Positions 17,526 to 27,949 are shown, counted from the stretch's first letter. The stretch is DNA of 64,000 nt from Candidatus Woesebacteria bacterium RIFCSPHIGHO2_02_FULL_42_20 (GCA_001792535.1 MGGS01000008.1:11016-75015); one strand, 5' to 3'. Numbers and translations: made by a program. Notes: a model not told the origin generated them from the letters alone.

Positions 17526-19055
17526 GTGAGGAACATAGTTCACATTCAAAAGGGCATGGATTTCAATGACAGGGTTGTGGCACTTTCGGGTACACTGGTG
17601 CTTGTAATCACTCTACCATTGTTACTATTTGCTTTAACGACAAGACAATATTCACTTAAAACGAAAGCTGCGTCAGGTGAGCCAGTGCCGCCCGTAAGTG
17701 GTGCGTTTGGCAAAGCAGCTTCATTTGATGGCTCGACAGCTTATATAAGTCTTAATAACTCGGGGACTTTAAATTCAAATTATGGATTTACAATAGAAAC
17801 CTGGCTAAGAGTGCCGGAGATAACAACCTCAGCGATGTCAGTTTTTAATAAACATATTCCCGCAATTTATAACTACTCCCCTGAGTTATTAGTCTCAAAC
17901 TCAGTCAATCAGGATGGAAGTTACAGAGTGGCTTATCATTTTTCGGTAGCAAATGGTACATATTGTTTAAACACCACTACGTCATACACTGAGACAATTC
18001 CGAAAGATTCATTCTCTATAGTTACTTCGTGGAAGCACGTTGCTGCGGTAATTCAGAATGATGGCAGAAGTGAGTTATTTATTAATGGACAGAAGAAAGG
18101 TGCGTCAACAAGCATAGCAAGTCCGTGTAATGGAGGTGGCAGTGGCGCAGTCGGCGCACGCTTAGGTGGGGATGGCAGCACTTTATATGGCCAATATAAG
18201 GGAGAAATGGATGAGCTGAGGATTTCAAATATCGTACGGTATGACAGTGATTTTTCCATCCCTACAACTCCCTTTGCAAGTGATGCAAATACTATACTTT
18301 TGTACCATTTTGATGGAAATCTTGTTAACTCAGCTAGCCAGGACTATCATGGATTGCCACACGGAGGTTTTACGTATGTAGAAAGTACGGTACCTTCACA
18401 AAATTACTCATTACAATTTGATGGCAGAGATTTTGCGAAATCTGTTGACTTGCCGCTTCTCAGCGAATTTACGGTTGAGGCTTGGGTCAAAAGAGTCAAA
18501 GATACTGGAGATTATGAAGCATTTCTTTCTGATGCTAACGCAAACTATAGCCAAGCTATGTTGACACTTTTTATCGATGGCGGGAACAAGGATTGTGACC
18601 AAGATGAATTTGCATATTACCAGGTTAATGGTGATGATACTCAGTGTTCGGGAATTGTTGCCGATCTTGGCAACTGGCACCATGTAGCGGTTGTCAGGGA
18701 GGCAAGTGGTATTAGAAGAATATTTATTGATGGCAATATGGTGTCCGAGGCACTGAATTCGCCTTCTCCCACAAATAGTAATACACAATTACACTTAGGT
18801 CGTGCAGGAAGATTCAATAGCGAGTACTTTCAAGGTTATGTTGACGACGTGCGAATTTCAAAAGTGGCTCGATATAATGCTGACTTTGTTGCGGTAAGGA
18901 ACTCACTCGAGACGGATACTAATACGCTTTTGCTCTATAAATTTAATGAAGGGAGTGGGCAAGCAGTGGCGGACCTGTCAGGCAATGGAAACAATGCGGT
19001 GCTAGGGAATACTAATGGGGTTGAGAGAGCGGATCCCCAGTGGTCACTAGAGTAA
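17526..19055 (+). CDS. Secreted protein with two concanavalin-A/LamG-like (Laminin_G_3) domains
   Basis: N-terminal TM/signal. Two repeated modules with W.HVA.V......L(F/Y)I(N/D)G and a preceding ETWLRV/EAWVKRV motif. Confidence 0.5.
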   Translation: MRNIVHIQKGMDFNDRVVALSGTLVLVITLPLLLFALTTRQYSLKTKAASGEPVPPVSGAFGKAASFDGSTAYISLNNSGTLNSNYGFTIETWLRVPEITTSAMSVFNKHIPAIYNYSPELLVSNSVNQDGSYRVAYHFSVANGTYCLNTTTSYTETIPKDSFSIVTSWKHVAAVIQNDGRSELFINGQKKGASTSIASPCNGGGSGAVGARLGGDGSTLYGQYKGEMDELRISNIVRYDSDFSIPTTPFASDANTILLYHFDGNLVNSASQDYHGLPHGGFTYVESTVPSQNYSLQFDGRDFAKSVDLPLLSEFTVEAWVKRVKDTGDYEAFLSDANANYSQAMLTLFIDGGNKDCDQDEFAYYQVNGDDTQCSGIVADLGNWHHVAVVREASGIRRIFIDGNMVSEALNSPSPTNSNTQLHLGRAGRFNSEYFQGYVDDVRISKVARYNADFVAVRNSLETDTNTLLLYKFNEGSGQAVADLSGNGNNAVLGNTNGVERADPQWSLE

Positions 19056-19559
19056 TTATATTTTAGACTCCGGATCAACCCAAAGCATCCAGCCCTCTAC
19101 CCATTTCTTTCTGTGAAGATCAAGCGAATCATACCAGTGGTTTCTGAACTTCTTAATGTCCATTTTCCAAATACCGCGGCCTTCCGAAGGGTCTGCAAGG
19201 ACCACTTTTTTATTTTTTTTGTCTACATCAAGAAGTAGGGTATAATGCCCGTCTTCGTCGTCCAGGCCTTCCAGATCGTCCCACCAATTGACAATGATTA
19301 CTTTCCCTTCTTTAAGTCTTTTGGTTAGGTCGGCTATCGTGCCATTACTTTTGAAATTTAAGCTTTTGAAGTACTTTGACAGATATGCATAAATGGCTTG
19401 TTGAGTTACGCCCCACCAAGGCAAAAATACGTCTTTGGCTATTTTTGCCTGTGTTGCCCTTATGCCACCTGCGGCCAAGACCATTTGAATTACTGCCGGG
19501 CCGCACCAGTCGGACTTCTGCTGCCAGCGGAATATTTTTTGCCAATCAGTTTGTTTCAT
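19056..19559 (-). CDS. Peptidase C39-like (papain-fold) domain protein
   Basis: CGPAVIQMVLA cysteine motif and a downstream GHYTLLLDVD...VVLADP His region. It is paralogous to the ORF at 59692..60450. Confidence 0.45.
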   Translation of the reverse strand: MKQTDWQKIFRWQQKSDWCGPAVIQMVLAAGGIRATQAKIAKDVFLPWWGVTQQAIYAYLSKYFKSLNFKSNGTIADLTKRLKEGKVIIVNWWDDLEGLDDEDGHYTLLLDVDKKNKKVVLADPSEGRGIWKMDIKKFRNHWYDSLDLHRKKWVEGWMLWVDPESKI

Positions 19560-19562
19560 ATG

Positions 19563-19635
19563 TCGGAGTGCCCGGATTCGAACCGGGGACCTCTCGCACC
19601 CGAAGCGAGCGCTCTACCAACTGAGCCACACTCCG
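19563..19635 (-). tRNA. tRNA-Pro (anticodon CGG)
   Basis: Reverse complement folds as CGGAGTG/CACTCCG acceptor, GCTC-AGTTGGTA-GAGC D-arm, CTCGC-TTCGGGT-GCGAG anticodon arm and a GGTTCGAATCC T-arm. Discriminator A; CCA not encoded. Confidence 0.85.
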
Positions 19636-19949
19636 CAGACAAAGTATTTTAGCACTAATTGAAGTATGGTGGAGTTAATAATATCACATACCGCACTTTT
19701 TTCTTTTCATAGGCCGCTTTAGGGGAGCAAATCTCTTGGGTTTGGGGATTGAGGGTTATGGGCTTCCTCGGGCTCGGGTGGTTGTAGATTGTCTACTCCT
19801 ATACCGGTCCAGTATCTTTGCAAGAACTGGTTTGTTTCAATTGGGTGCCTGCCCATTAGTTCTGGTGTTCCTGGCATACTTTTCCCTGCAGTATTATACA
19901 ACGCGGGGTCAACCTAAAGGTTATTTTGGTGAATTTTCGATAAGTTTTG

Positions 19950-20400
19950 CCAGTACCCCTGTGTAGCCATTGCGGCCTTTGCCCCACGTCGCCTCGCTGA
20001 AGACAGCAACTTCTAAATATAATAGATCGTCGCCTATATCCCAGGGAGACCCCATAACAATTGCTGTTAATTTGCCTTTATCGGTAAAAACCCCCGAACC
20101 GGCAAAATTATAGGGTTCCTGGGTGGCGACGAATTCTTCTGCTTTTTTAGGAAATCAGGCTATATACACTCCCTGTGGAATTTGTTTATACCCGAACCAA
20201 TGATCAGTCTTGTCCGTGTCTATTTGCAGCTGGCTTGTTGTCAGAAAGTCTCCACCCATGCGTGTTGCCGCCTAAAAAGATGCCGCCCATGATGGCTACT
20301 ATTGAGGCACCCAGAGTCGTGAAAATGTTATCCATTGCCACGCCTACGATGGCATCGCCAATGCGGCCCTTAGGGTTGACATAGAGTGTCTCGAACTATT
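19950..20400 (-). pseudogene. Degraded coding remnants between two tRNA genes
   Basis: Minus-strand frames give protein-like stretches (e.g. ...PYNFAGSGVFTDKGKLTAIVMGSPWDIGDD...; ...IGDAIVGVAMDNIFTTLGASIVAIMGGIFLGG...) broken by stops and frameshifts. Confidence 0.3.
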
Positions 20401-20443
20401 CTTTATTTAATCGGCGGCTCTCGGCGAATTTGAATTTTCCTTT

Positions 20444-20481
20444 GCGGCGCTCGCATCGGGCGGCGGCGTTGCGAGCGCCGC
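20444..20481. other. GC-rich hairpin (12-bp stem) downstream of tRNA-Arg
   Basis: gcggcgctcgca-N14-tgcgagcgccgc. Confidence 0.4.
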
Positions 20482-20507
20482 ACCCAATGATTTTGCCATT
20501 TCCCAAA

Positions 20508-20582
20508 TGGTGCCTCCAGAGGGAGTCGAACCCCCATCTCACCCTTAGGACGGGCTTGCTCTATCCATTGAGCTATGAAGGC
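20508..20582 (-). tRNA. tRNA-Arg (anticodon CCT), CCA encoded
   Basis: Reverse complement: GCCTTCA acceptor, GCTC/GAGC D-stem, anticodon loop GTCCTAA, GGGGG-TTCGACT-CCCTC T-arm, then ACCA. Confidence 0.8.
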
Positions 20583-20610
20583 GTTTCATACAGGAAACCA
20601 TTCTATTCTA

Positions 20611-21777
20611 CTACTTAAGATTCAAAGTATAAAGATTTGGGGCTGTGTCTGTTGCGCCGAGGCTTGTGAGAATCAGAAGTTTAGATGTATTGGAAAATGG
20701 GTATGCGTGGGGCGCGACGTACTGGCCGGAGTAAACAGATTGCCTGTTTGTCCCGTCGTAGTCCGTAATATAAACTTTGTTTGGCTCGGGTATGACCACG
20801 TGACTTGAGGTCGGGAACCAAAAAACGGGTTGGGTAGCCTTAGCTATTTCGAAATTCCGATCTTCTTTGATATCGAAAATATACTTATTACCTATTTTGA
20901 TATCTCTGGTTTGTTTTTGGGTAGAGGAGCCGGGAAGGGGAGGAATTATGCCTTCCGGTAAGCTGTTTTCGCTGACGGCCGTGTAGAGAATCTTATTTTC
21001 ATCCGGAGAAAATGTAATGTTTTGTGTTGCAGATTCGAATACCTGTCTGATTTCGTCCGGCAGTTTGTTCAGTTTAGCTTTAGTTTTTAGAGTCTCGCGT
21101 TGCTGCCAGTCCGCAAGTATTTCTTTTTTTTGCGATGATACATTCACGCGCTGGGCTTGGGGGGTAAATTTGCCCGAGTCGAGCAAAAAAGCACCGGTTT
21201 TTGTGGTAAGCAGTATTTCTCTGCCGTCCGGAGACCAAAGCCAGCTGGATTCGCTCGCGTCACCATCTGTTACTTGCGCCGGTTCGCGGCTAAATCCAAA
21301 CGGAAAAGCGGAAATGTCGGTGACCCATAATCCGCCCGACTCCAAATTTTGCGGATCCACCGATACTGCGTAGGCAACCTTCGTCAGGTCAGTTGAAGCA
21401 ATCGGATTGGATGCACCAGAAAAAGTTATCGCCGAAAGTGAGGCCGCTTGCGGAAAAAGGCTGACTTCAATCTGTGTTACTTCCTCTTTTTTAATTGTCA
21501 GTCTTTTGTTCCAAGTGATTAGACCGTCTTTTTTGATGGTTACGTCATAGGTCCCCGGCGGAAGGGGTATGTTTGCATTAGTGGCTGTTTTGAGGTCACC
21601 GTCGATAAGTATGGCCGCTCCGTTTGGGTCCGAGTTTGCAACCAATATACCGCGCGGCTCAATCGCGGTTGTTTTGGGATTAAATCTGTAGCCACGCGCA
21701 TAGAGCGAAGCCAGTGTGCCTACAGTTCCCACAATAAGAATTGTCAAAACAAAAACGATAACGCGCACTTTGGTCAT
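20611..21777 (-). CDS. Membrane-anchored PEGA-domain + TolB-like beta-propeller repeat protein
   Basis: N-terminal TM helix, a PEGA-like segment (GILVANSDPNGAAILIDG...PGTYDVTIKKDG) and LWSPDG / FSPDENKILYTA propeller-type repeats. Confidence 0.5.
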   Translation of the reverse strand: MTKVRVIVFVLTILIVGTVGTLASLYARGYRFNPKTTAIEPRGILVANSDPNGAAILIDGDLKTATNANIPLPPGTYDVTIKKDGLITWNKRLTIKKEEVTQIEVSLFPQAASLSAITFSGASNPIASTDLTKVAYAVSVDPQNLESGGLWVTDISAFPFGFSREPAQVTDGDASESSWLWSPDGREILLTTKTGAFLLDSGKFTPQAQRVNVSSQKKEILADWQQRETLKTKAKLNKLPDEIRQVFESATQNITFSPDENKILYTAVSENSLPEGIIPPLPGSSTQKQTRDIKIGNKYIFDIKEDRNFEIAKATQPVFWFPTSSHVVIPEPNKVYITDYDGTNRQSVYSGQYVAPHAYPFSNTSKLLILTSLGATDTAPNLYTLNLK

Positions 21778-21851
21778 TTGCCTATTATACCAAAGCCGTG
21801 TTGCTTTCTCTCTTGTTTGGCAAGTTGTAACTAAATATAATAGCTACATAA

Positions 21852-22856
21852 ATGCTTCGAAAACGAATCGCAATCGATCTTGGTACTGCCAATACATTGG
21901 TATGGGTGCAAGGGGAAGGTGTTGTTACCAATGAGCCCACAGTTGTCGCAATTTCGACAGACGATAACAAAGTCGTTGCTGTCGGCGAGGAGGCTAAAAG
22001 AATGCTCGGGCGCACTCCTGAGGCATTGCTCGCCAGTTGCCCAATGAGAGACGGTGTAATTGCGGATTACCAGGTGACCAAAGCCCTGCTTGCTTATTTT
22101 ATCGGTAAGGTTGTCGGTAAAGTTTATTTTTTAAGGCCCGATGTGATGATTTGTGTGCCGGCGGGGTGCACTCAAGTCGAGCGTAGAGCGGCGCTGGACG
22201 CAACATTGGCCGCGGGGGCAGCGCATGCATACTTGATAGAAGAACCGTTGGCGGCGGCAATCGGAGCCGGGATTCCGGTTTCTGCGCCGTCGGGTCACAT
22301 GATTTTGGATATCGGTGGGGGCGCCGCCGAGGCGGCTGTAATTTCTCTTGGTGGCGTTGTCACACATAAAAGCATTCGTGTGGCGGGTAACAAGATCGAC
22401 GAAGCAATCCAGTCGTACTTAAAGAAGAAGCATAATATCATAGTTGGTGACCAGACGTCCGAAGAGATTAAAATAAAGCTGGCTTCAGCTGTGGAACTTG
22501 CCAAGGAAGAGAAAATGGAAATTTCGGGTCGCGACTTGGTGTTTGGTCTTCCGCGCTCAATTCCAGTATCGTCTACAGATATTACCGAAGCGATATCGGG
22601 GATATTATCTCAAATCGTCGGGACAGTGAAAGCTGTTTTGGAAGATACACCGCCGGAACTTGCCGCGGACATTATCGATAAGGGCATTACAATGAGCGGC
22701 GGAACGAGTATGCTTCGGAATTTTGACAAATTGATGACGGAGGAAACAGGTGTCCCGTGCCAAGTTGCCGAGGATGCCCTGTATTGTGTAGTAAAAGGTA
22801 CGGGTGTTGTGATGGAAAACCTTGATCTTTGGAAGCGAAGTGTAACAACTAAATAG
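21852..22856 (+). CDS. mreB: Rod-shape-determining actin homologue MreB
   Basis: IDLGTANTLVWV... and the ATPase phosphate-binding motifs typical of MreB. Confidence 0.9.
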   Translation: MLRKRIAIDLGTANTLVWVQGEGVVTNEPTVVAISTDDNKVVAVGEEAKRMLGRTPEALLASCPMRDGVIADYQVTKALLAYFIGKVVGKVYFLRPDVMICVPAGCTQVERRAALDATLAAGAAHAYLIEEPLAAAIGAGIPVSAPSGHMILDIGGGAAEAAVISLGGVVTHKSIRVAGNKIDEAIQSYLKKKHNIIVGDQTSEEIKIKLASAVELAKEEKMEISGRDLVFGLPRSIPVSSTDITEAISGILSQIVGTVKAVLEDTPPELAADIIDKGITMSGGTSMLRNFDKLMTEETGVPCQVAEDALYCVVKGTGVVMENLDLWKRSVTTK

Positions 22857-23188
22857 CCAGTTGTTAGTTAGTTCACCGCATATAGTAGTTTTGCTCTTTT
22901 TAAAATATTTTGTGGATGGTTTGAGGATAATAGGCGTGCAGCGAGCTTAATATTTTGAAAAAAAATTGTGAACAAATATGTTAGTTAATAATTTTCAGAA
23001 AAATATTTACACCTCCTATAGTTATAGGGTTTGTTTTGGTGAATACTAATTGGATGTCAGAGTTACTATAAGATAATGTTTAAAGGTAGAAAACATACTT
23101 GGCTAACAAGCAATTTAAGCGTAGTAGTAAAACGGTGTCAATGATTTGACCTTGGCATCTTTACGGTTAAAAGTATTAAGTACTAAAA

Positions 23189-24031
23189 ATGCCTGAAACC
23201 TGGAAAGTTCTTAATGTTCGAGTCGATGGCACTCAAAGACAGGAAGTGCTAGATCAAATTCAAGAAAAATTGACTCAAGGCGGAAAGTTTTATATTACTA
23301 CGCCCAACCCGGAGATCGTTTTAAAGGCTTCAAAAGACAGAAAGTTAAAAGACATTATAGGACAGTCTTTAATTGCAATTCCTGACGGGGTGGGCCTGCC
23401 GATAGCTTCAAAGTTTTTAAATATGCAAAAATTTCGCAGCAAAACAATTAGAAAGTTAGTCTATCCCTGCCAACTTTTGCTTTGTGCCGTCATTGGCAGA
23501 GATGGTGTTGTAAGGGGGAGGGAACTAATGCTGGATCTTTTTGACGTAGCGAACAAGGGAAAAAAGAAAGTTTATTTGTTGGGGGCGACGAAAGGGGTGA
23601 ATGCGAAAGCGCTTGACAAATTTGAAAGTGAATATCCGGGCGCAAAAGTTAGGGGTTCGTCCGGGCCGATTATCACTGATATTGCAAAACCACTTGGTAG
23701 ACTTCAGGAGAAAATAAACCGAGATGCTATAAATCAGATAAATAAATTTAGGCCGGATATTCTGATTGTTGCTTTTGGCTGTCCGAAACAGGAGAAGTGG
23801 ATAGCCAAGTGGTTGTCACGTCTTAATGTCAAATGTGCAATGACAGTGGGCGGAGCATTGGATTATTATGCCGGCGTTGCCAAACTACCTCCCAAAGTGT
23901 TATCGAGATTGGGGCTGGAGTGGTTCTGGAGATTGGCCCGCGAACCAAAAAAGAGAATAAAAAGGGTGGTAAACGCAATTTTTATATTTCCATGGACGGT
24001 GTTTAAATTTAAGCTTCAGACTCAGGTTTGA
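23189..24031 (+). CDS. WecB/TagA/CpsF-family glycosyltransferase
   Basis: GLEWFWRLAREPKKRIKR signature and DILIVAFGCPKQEKW. Confidence 0.75.
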   Translation: MPETWKVLNVRVDGTQRQEVLDQIQEKLTQGGKFYITTPNPEIVLKASKDRKLKDIIGQSLIAIPDGVGLPIASKFLNMQKFRSKTIRKLVYPCQLLLCAVIGRDGVVRGRELMLDLFDVANKGKKKVYLLGATKGVNAKALDKFESEYPGAKVRGSSGPIITDIAKPLGRLQEKINRDAINQINKFRPDILIVAFGCPKQEKWIAKWLSRLNVKCAMTVGGALDYYAGVAKLPPKVLSRLGLEWFWRLAREPKKRIKRVVNAIFIFPWTVFKFKLQTQV

Positions 24032-24044
24032 TAAAATACTTATT

Positions 24045-24896
24045 ATGACAATAGAAGTTCATGGGGATTTTCGAAGACTTTTGAACTCTGGCATTGCTGC
24101 TATGAATGGAGGCCATTCGCCGATAGGAGAGTTTGTCGCTGATCCTCCCGACCCCCATACAAAACTATACTCACCCCCCGCTGATGTTCTGGTCCAGAGA
24201 ATGGAAAGTAGTATCGAAGCCGGATTACACAATCTTGATTTGGGAGACAGAAAAAATTGGTTGTATTTTTCTTGGACGAATAAACCTGTGAAAGTCAGAT
24301 ACTTACTTGAAATTGCTATTCCTTTTTCGGATGATTTACGAGATCGGGGTGTTCGGCCAAGACTGGAACTCTATCCGGTTAGCGAGGCTGGCGAATATGT
24401 AAATAGAGTGATCGAAGAGAGTAGAAGGATTAATCGGCCATTAGGTGTGGATGAACAGTTTGGAATTGCTTTGGATTTGGCGGGTGGTTATCCCGTCGCG
24501 GCCTCAGTTGTCGCAATGTTGGGGTCACGGGCTGTCAGCAGGCGGAAGGATGATGGTTTAGGTGAAGAACTTCGGTTTCCCCTGGACACTGTGCTTGCAT
24601 GGAATAACAGTGTTTGCAGGTTCGATACCCGTAATGAGGATCCCGATCCGGGTAATTTATATCACTATTTTTCTGCTCAGGCTGTGGGTATGGCAGCCGT
24701 TGCAAGGGGGCATTTATCCTCGGCTATTGGATCACTTCTTATCAAAAACGGCGCTTTTATAACCAGAGTTGGCCGTGGTATTGTTTCCGGAAAACCGCAC
24801 GGAAGATACCACGACGGGGTAAATAAATTAGGATTTGAAGTAGGATATAGAGTGGTTGAAGAATGCCTTAATCGTAAAAAAGATCTCAGGTTGTAA
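24045..24896 (+). CDS. Hypothetical protein (GC-richer than its neighbours)
   Basis: Long open frame with protein-like composition and no recognised motif. Confidence 0.4.
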   Translation: MTIEVHGDFRRLLNSGIAAMNGGHSPIGEFVADPPDPHTKLYSPPADVLVQRMESSIEAGLHNLDLGDRKNWLYFSWTNKPVKVRYLLEIAIPFSDDLRDRGVRPRLELYPVSEAGEYVNRVIEESRRINRPLGVDEQFGIALDLAGGYPVAASVVAMLGSRAVSRRKDDGLGEELRFPLDTVLAWNNSVCRFDTRNEDPDPGNLYHYFSAQAVGMAAVARGHLSSAIGSLLIKNGAFITRVGRGIVSGKPHGRYHDGVNKLGFEVGYRVVEECLNRKKDLRL

Positions 24897-24918
24897 GTGT
24901 AAGAAGAGATGAGTTTAT

Positions 24919-25149
24919 ATGCCAGAAAGGAATATTAGAGGAGGGTTACAACCGGATGGGGAAACTTATGTAATGCGAATCTCAAGAATGACTCCGGATC
25001 CAAAAACTAAAGATATGGCTTGGCGGCCTCCCGATCCCGGTGATGTGATCGGAAGAGGCTTTAAAGTAGACGAAGTGATTTGGACAAGGGAATTTAAAAG
25101 AAGAGGAAAAACAGAAAGATATTTTGCTGCGAGAGTAAAACCTACTTAG
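24919..25149 (+). CDS. Small hypothetical protein
   Basis: 76-aa ORF. Apart from an 8-nt 3' overlap with 25142..25369, no ORF on the opposite strand covers it. Confidence 0.25.
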   Translation: MPERNIRGGLQPDGETYVMRISRMTPDPKTKDMAWRPPDPGDVIGRGFKVDEVIWTREFKRRGKTERYFAARVKPT

Positions 25150-25369
25150 GAAAAATCCAGCTGGCGAGGTCTTGAGCGCCTGCAACATTTATACCAGCTT
25201 TTCTTGCTTTTTGGGTTGCCTGAGAAAGTAGATTCCCAACAGTCGATATGCTGATGTCACAAGCTTCGGCGATTGCTTGATATGAATTTCCTCTAGCCAA
25301 AAGAAAGAGACATTCTTCTGTCCGATCGCCCACAGTAAACTTTCTGCCACCAATTTCATGTTCTGGCAT
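25142..25369 (-). CDS. LuxR/GerE-family HTH DNA-binding protein (stand-alone)
   Basis: LLARGNSYQAIAEACDISISTVGNLLSQATQKA matches the GerE HTH pattern. Confidence 0.55.
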   Translation of the reverse strand: MPEHEIGGRKFTVGDRTEECLFLLARGNSYQAIAEACDISISTVGNLLSQATQKARKAGINVAGAQDLASWIFPK

Positions 25370-25424
25370 GGTTAGTTTATTTGGAAAAGAATTTTACCAT
25401 AAAATTTGTTAAAATGCTCTCACT

Positions 25425-26462
25425 GTGAAGAAAGAGGATGATAACATCCAAAATCGTAAGAAAGACCATTTAAGAATTGCGACGAGTGATATTTCGCAAA
25501 CCGGCAATCCGGGGTTTGACAAGTACCGCTTTATTCATAACGCACTGCCCGAAATAGATTTTGACTCTATTGATACTTCGACAACTTTTCTGGGTAAGAA
25601 AGTAAACTATCCGTTTTTTATTTCCTGCATGACAGGCGGAGTTAGCCAAGGTAAGCGTATTAATCGTAACTTGGCCGCTGCGGCTCAGACATGGGGTATT
25701 GCCATGGGAGTCGGGAGTCAGCGCGCGGCTATCGAGCACCCTGAATTGGCTGGCCTTTTTACGGCTCGCGAAGTAGCGCCGGACATCCCCTTGATTGCCA
25801 ATGTCGGCTTGGTCCAGCTTAATTATGGTTTCGGAGCAGCCGAATATCAAAAAATAATCGAAATGATAGACGCGGATGCTCTGAGCGTTCATATTAACCC
25901 CATTCAGGAAGTTATCCAGCCCGAAGGCGACCGTAACTGGGCCAATTTGCTGCCGAAATTAAAACAAGTTTTACCCAAATTGTCTAAGCCTGTTATCGCT
26001 AAAGAAGTGGGCTTTGGGCTCTCTAAAAGTGTTATAGAAAGATTATATAAAGTAGGGGTTAGATACTTTGATACTGCAGGCTGGGGAGGGACGAATTGGT
26101 CAGTAGTCGAAGGTATGCGCGGCAAGGCAGATCGCGAATTAGGCAAGCTTTTTGGCGAATGGGGAATACCAACCAGTGAGTCAATAAAGTCAGTGAAATC
26201 AGTAAGTCAATTATTCAGTGACTTAGTGACAATACTTGGTAGCGGAGGAGTAAGAACCGGAATTGATGTAGCAAAGTGTATTGCTTTGGGGTGTGATATG
26301 GTTGGTATCGCTCAACCCTTTGCCAAAGCAGCTTTAATATCGGCTGAGGAAGTGGAGAAGTTAATTGAAAGATTGGCTCTGGAACTAAAAATTGCAATGT
26401 TTGGGGTGGGGGCAAAAACAATTGGCGAGCTTCAAAAGATAAAGTTAGTGGCAGTTGATTAG
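25425..26462 (+). CDS. fni: Isopentenyl-diphosphate delta-isomerase, type 2 (FMN-dependent)
   Basis: RKKDHLRIA, CMTGG, the FMN-binding GSGGVRTG and the ALGCDMVGIAQPF pattern. The frame appears to begin with GTG. It contains a TCAGTGA-type repeat stretch. Confidence 0.8.
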   Translation: MKKEDDNIQNRKKDHLRIATSDISQTGNPGFDKYRFIHNALPEIDFDSIDTSTTFLGKKVNYPFFISCMTGGVSQGKRINRNLAAAAQTWGIAMGVGSQRAAIEHPELAGLFTAREVAPDIPLIANVGLVQLNYGFGAAEYQKIIEMIDADALSVHINPIQEVIQPEGDRNWANLLPKLKQVLPKLSKPVIAKEVGFGLSKSVIERLYKVGVRYFDTAGWGGTNWSVVEGMRGKADRELGKLFGEWGIPTSESIKSVKSVSQLFSDLVTILGSGGVRTGIDVAKCIALGCDMVGIAQPFAKAALISAEEVEKLIERLALELKIAMFGVGAKTIGELQKIKLVAVD

Positions 26463-26507
26463 TGGGTTGTTGTATTTTAAAAATTAAAGTAGTAAATTAA
26501 CATTGAT

Positions 26508-27257
26508 GTGGTTAGCTACCGAGTAGTTAAAAAAGTTATTTTAGGTTCAATTATTACTTCCGCTGTAATAGTTCTTTTTACTTTCGTTTCCAAGCAAACT
26601 ACACTTTCAGGTAGGACAGAAATAATTAATTTGGACGACTCCGTGTTTTCTGAATACACAAGGGGCTATTATTTTACAAATTATGATTTAACCGCTCCCA
26701 AGTATAATCCACCAGAGCATCCTATTTGTGTCGACACTTTGGAAAACGCTGAGTCTATTTACAAGGAATATATAAAGAAATATGACAGTATTGTTAGAGA
26801 AAGACTTGTTTATAATACTAAAGAAACACAAAAGTACTTTGAATTTTCAGATCAAAGGAGTAGCACTCAGGACAACAGTTATATTCAGCCAATGCGTATG
26901 CACAGATGTGATTATTTCTATCCGGATGAATACGGGTTTTACGGTCAGGAAATCTCACTGGACGGAAATATTTCCTCTTCAAAACTCGGCACGTTCAATA
27001 AAAAGAGTTATTCTGAAAACGACGTTAAGGATTTACTTACCTATCTTTGGCTGGCTTACGGACCCGGACCAAGAAATACTGCAAAATTCATCTCTGGCGG
27101 AACAAAAATAGTGCTGGAAATGGAATATCAGGAGGACGTAATGGGAGATTGGGGACTTCCCAATACATTTTCACAAGTCCGCGTTTCATTTGTGTTTAAT
27201 CGTGCTGACAAAAGCATTGTTAAAAATTATCAGACCTTATCAAGCAGGACTTATTAA
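26508..27257 (+). CDS. Membrane-anchored hypothetical protein
   Basis: N-terminal TM helix followed by a Tyr/Asn-rich domain with no recognised motif. Confidence 0.4.
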   Translation: MVSYRVVKKVILGSIITSAVIVLFTFVSKQTTLSGRTEIINLDDSVFSEYTRGYYFTNYDLTAPKYNPPEHPICVDTLENAESIYKEYIKKYDSIVRERLVYNTKETQKYFEFSDQRSSTQDNSYIQPMRMHRCDYFYPDEYGFYGQEISLDGNISSSKLGTFNKKSYSENDVKDLLTYLWLAYGPGPRNTAKFISGGTKIVLEMEYQEDVMGDWGLPNTFSQVRVSFVFNRADKSIVKNYQTLSSRTY

Positions 27258-27342
27258 ACCGAAAGAGAATTTATTTACCAGCTCACGCATCTAACTCCAA
27301 AGTACTATTGAGACAAATTTGACAATAGTTTTCTTAAACCAC

Positions 27343-27549
27343 CTAAAAATAAATGGATGGATTTCTTAAGGCAGGATCCCAGCGCCAGAAACATTTGTCG
27401 TAGCCGCCGCTTGACTCGTTAAATCTGCATTGTCTTAAAATAGAGCTGTTGTTTCCTAAGATGGGAAGTAACCCGATGAGGACAATTATTAGTAGAATAA
27501 GCGCTATCACTGCAACCGCGACCAAGCGTAGGTTTAGCTTTTTTTCCAT
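27343..27549 (-). CDS. Small single-TM hypothetical protein
   Basis: A hydrophobic helix (VAVAVIALILLIIVLIGLLPIL) followed by a Cys/Trp-containing tail. Confidence 0.3.
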   Translation of the reverse strand: MEKKLNLRLVAVAVIALILLIIVLIGLLPILGNNSSILRQCRFNESSGGYDKCFWRWDPALRNPSIYF

Positions 27550-27949
27550 AGACTTATTTTAACTCTTGACATGCAGCCAAGTCCAGATAATGCTTTATTT
27601 AGGGTTAATTTATGTCAAAACCCAATTTGATTTCGCCTAAGCTTTCCCCCCGGCTTCTTATTTTGGCTTTGTTGACAGTTTTTGCGATAGCAATGCCAAT
27701 TCTAATTCGAAGCAGACTATTATTTTCTTCAAAAGCTGCGGTTATAAAAAATCCATCAATGGTAACGAATACCTAATTATTTTTGAATTAACTATCTCCA
27801 AGGGTCCAAAGATCGTCAACTCTTATTCCCTTCTCGTCAAAACCTTTTACCCGGAGTTCTAACTAAGTTTTTTCTACTTTAGCAACGGATAGAGAATTCC
27901 CCACTTTAGTGATACAATTACGAACTATATAATACGTCCACTTAAAACT

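Noticed and set aside
19376-19652. ORFs 19376..19624 and 19398..19652
   Set aside because: They overlap the tRNA-Pro gene and the C39-like gene end, and there is no support for them.
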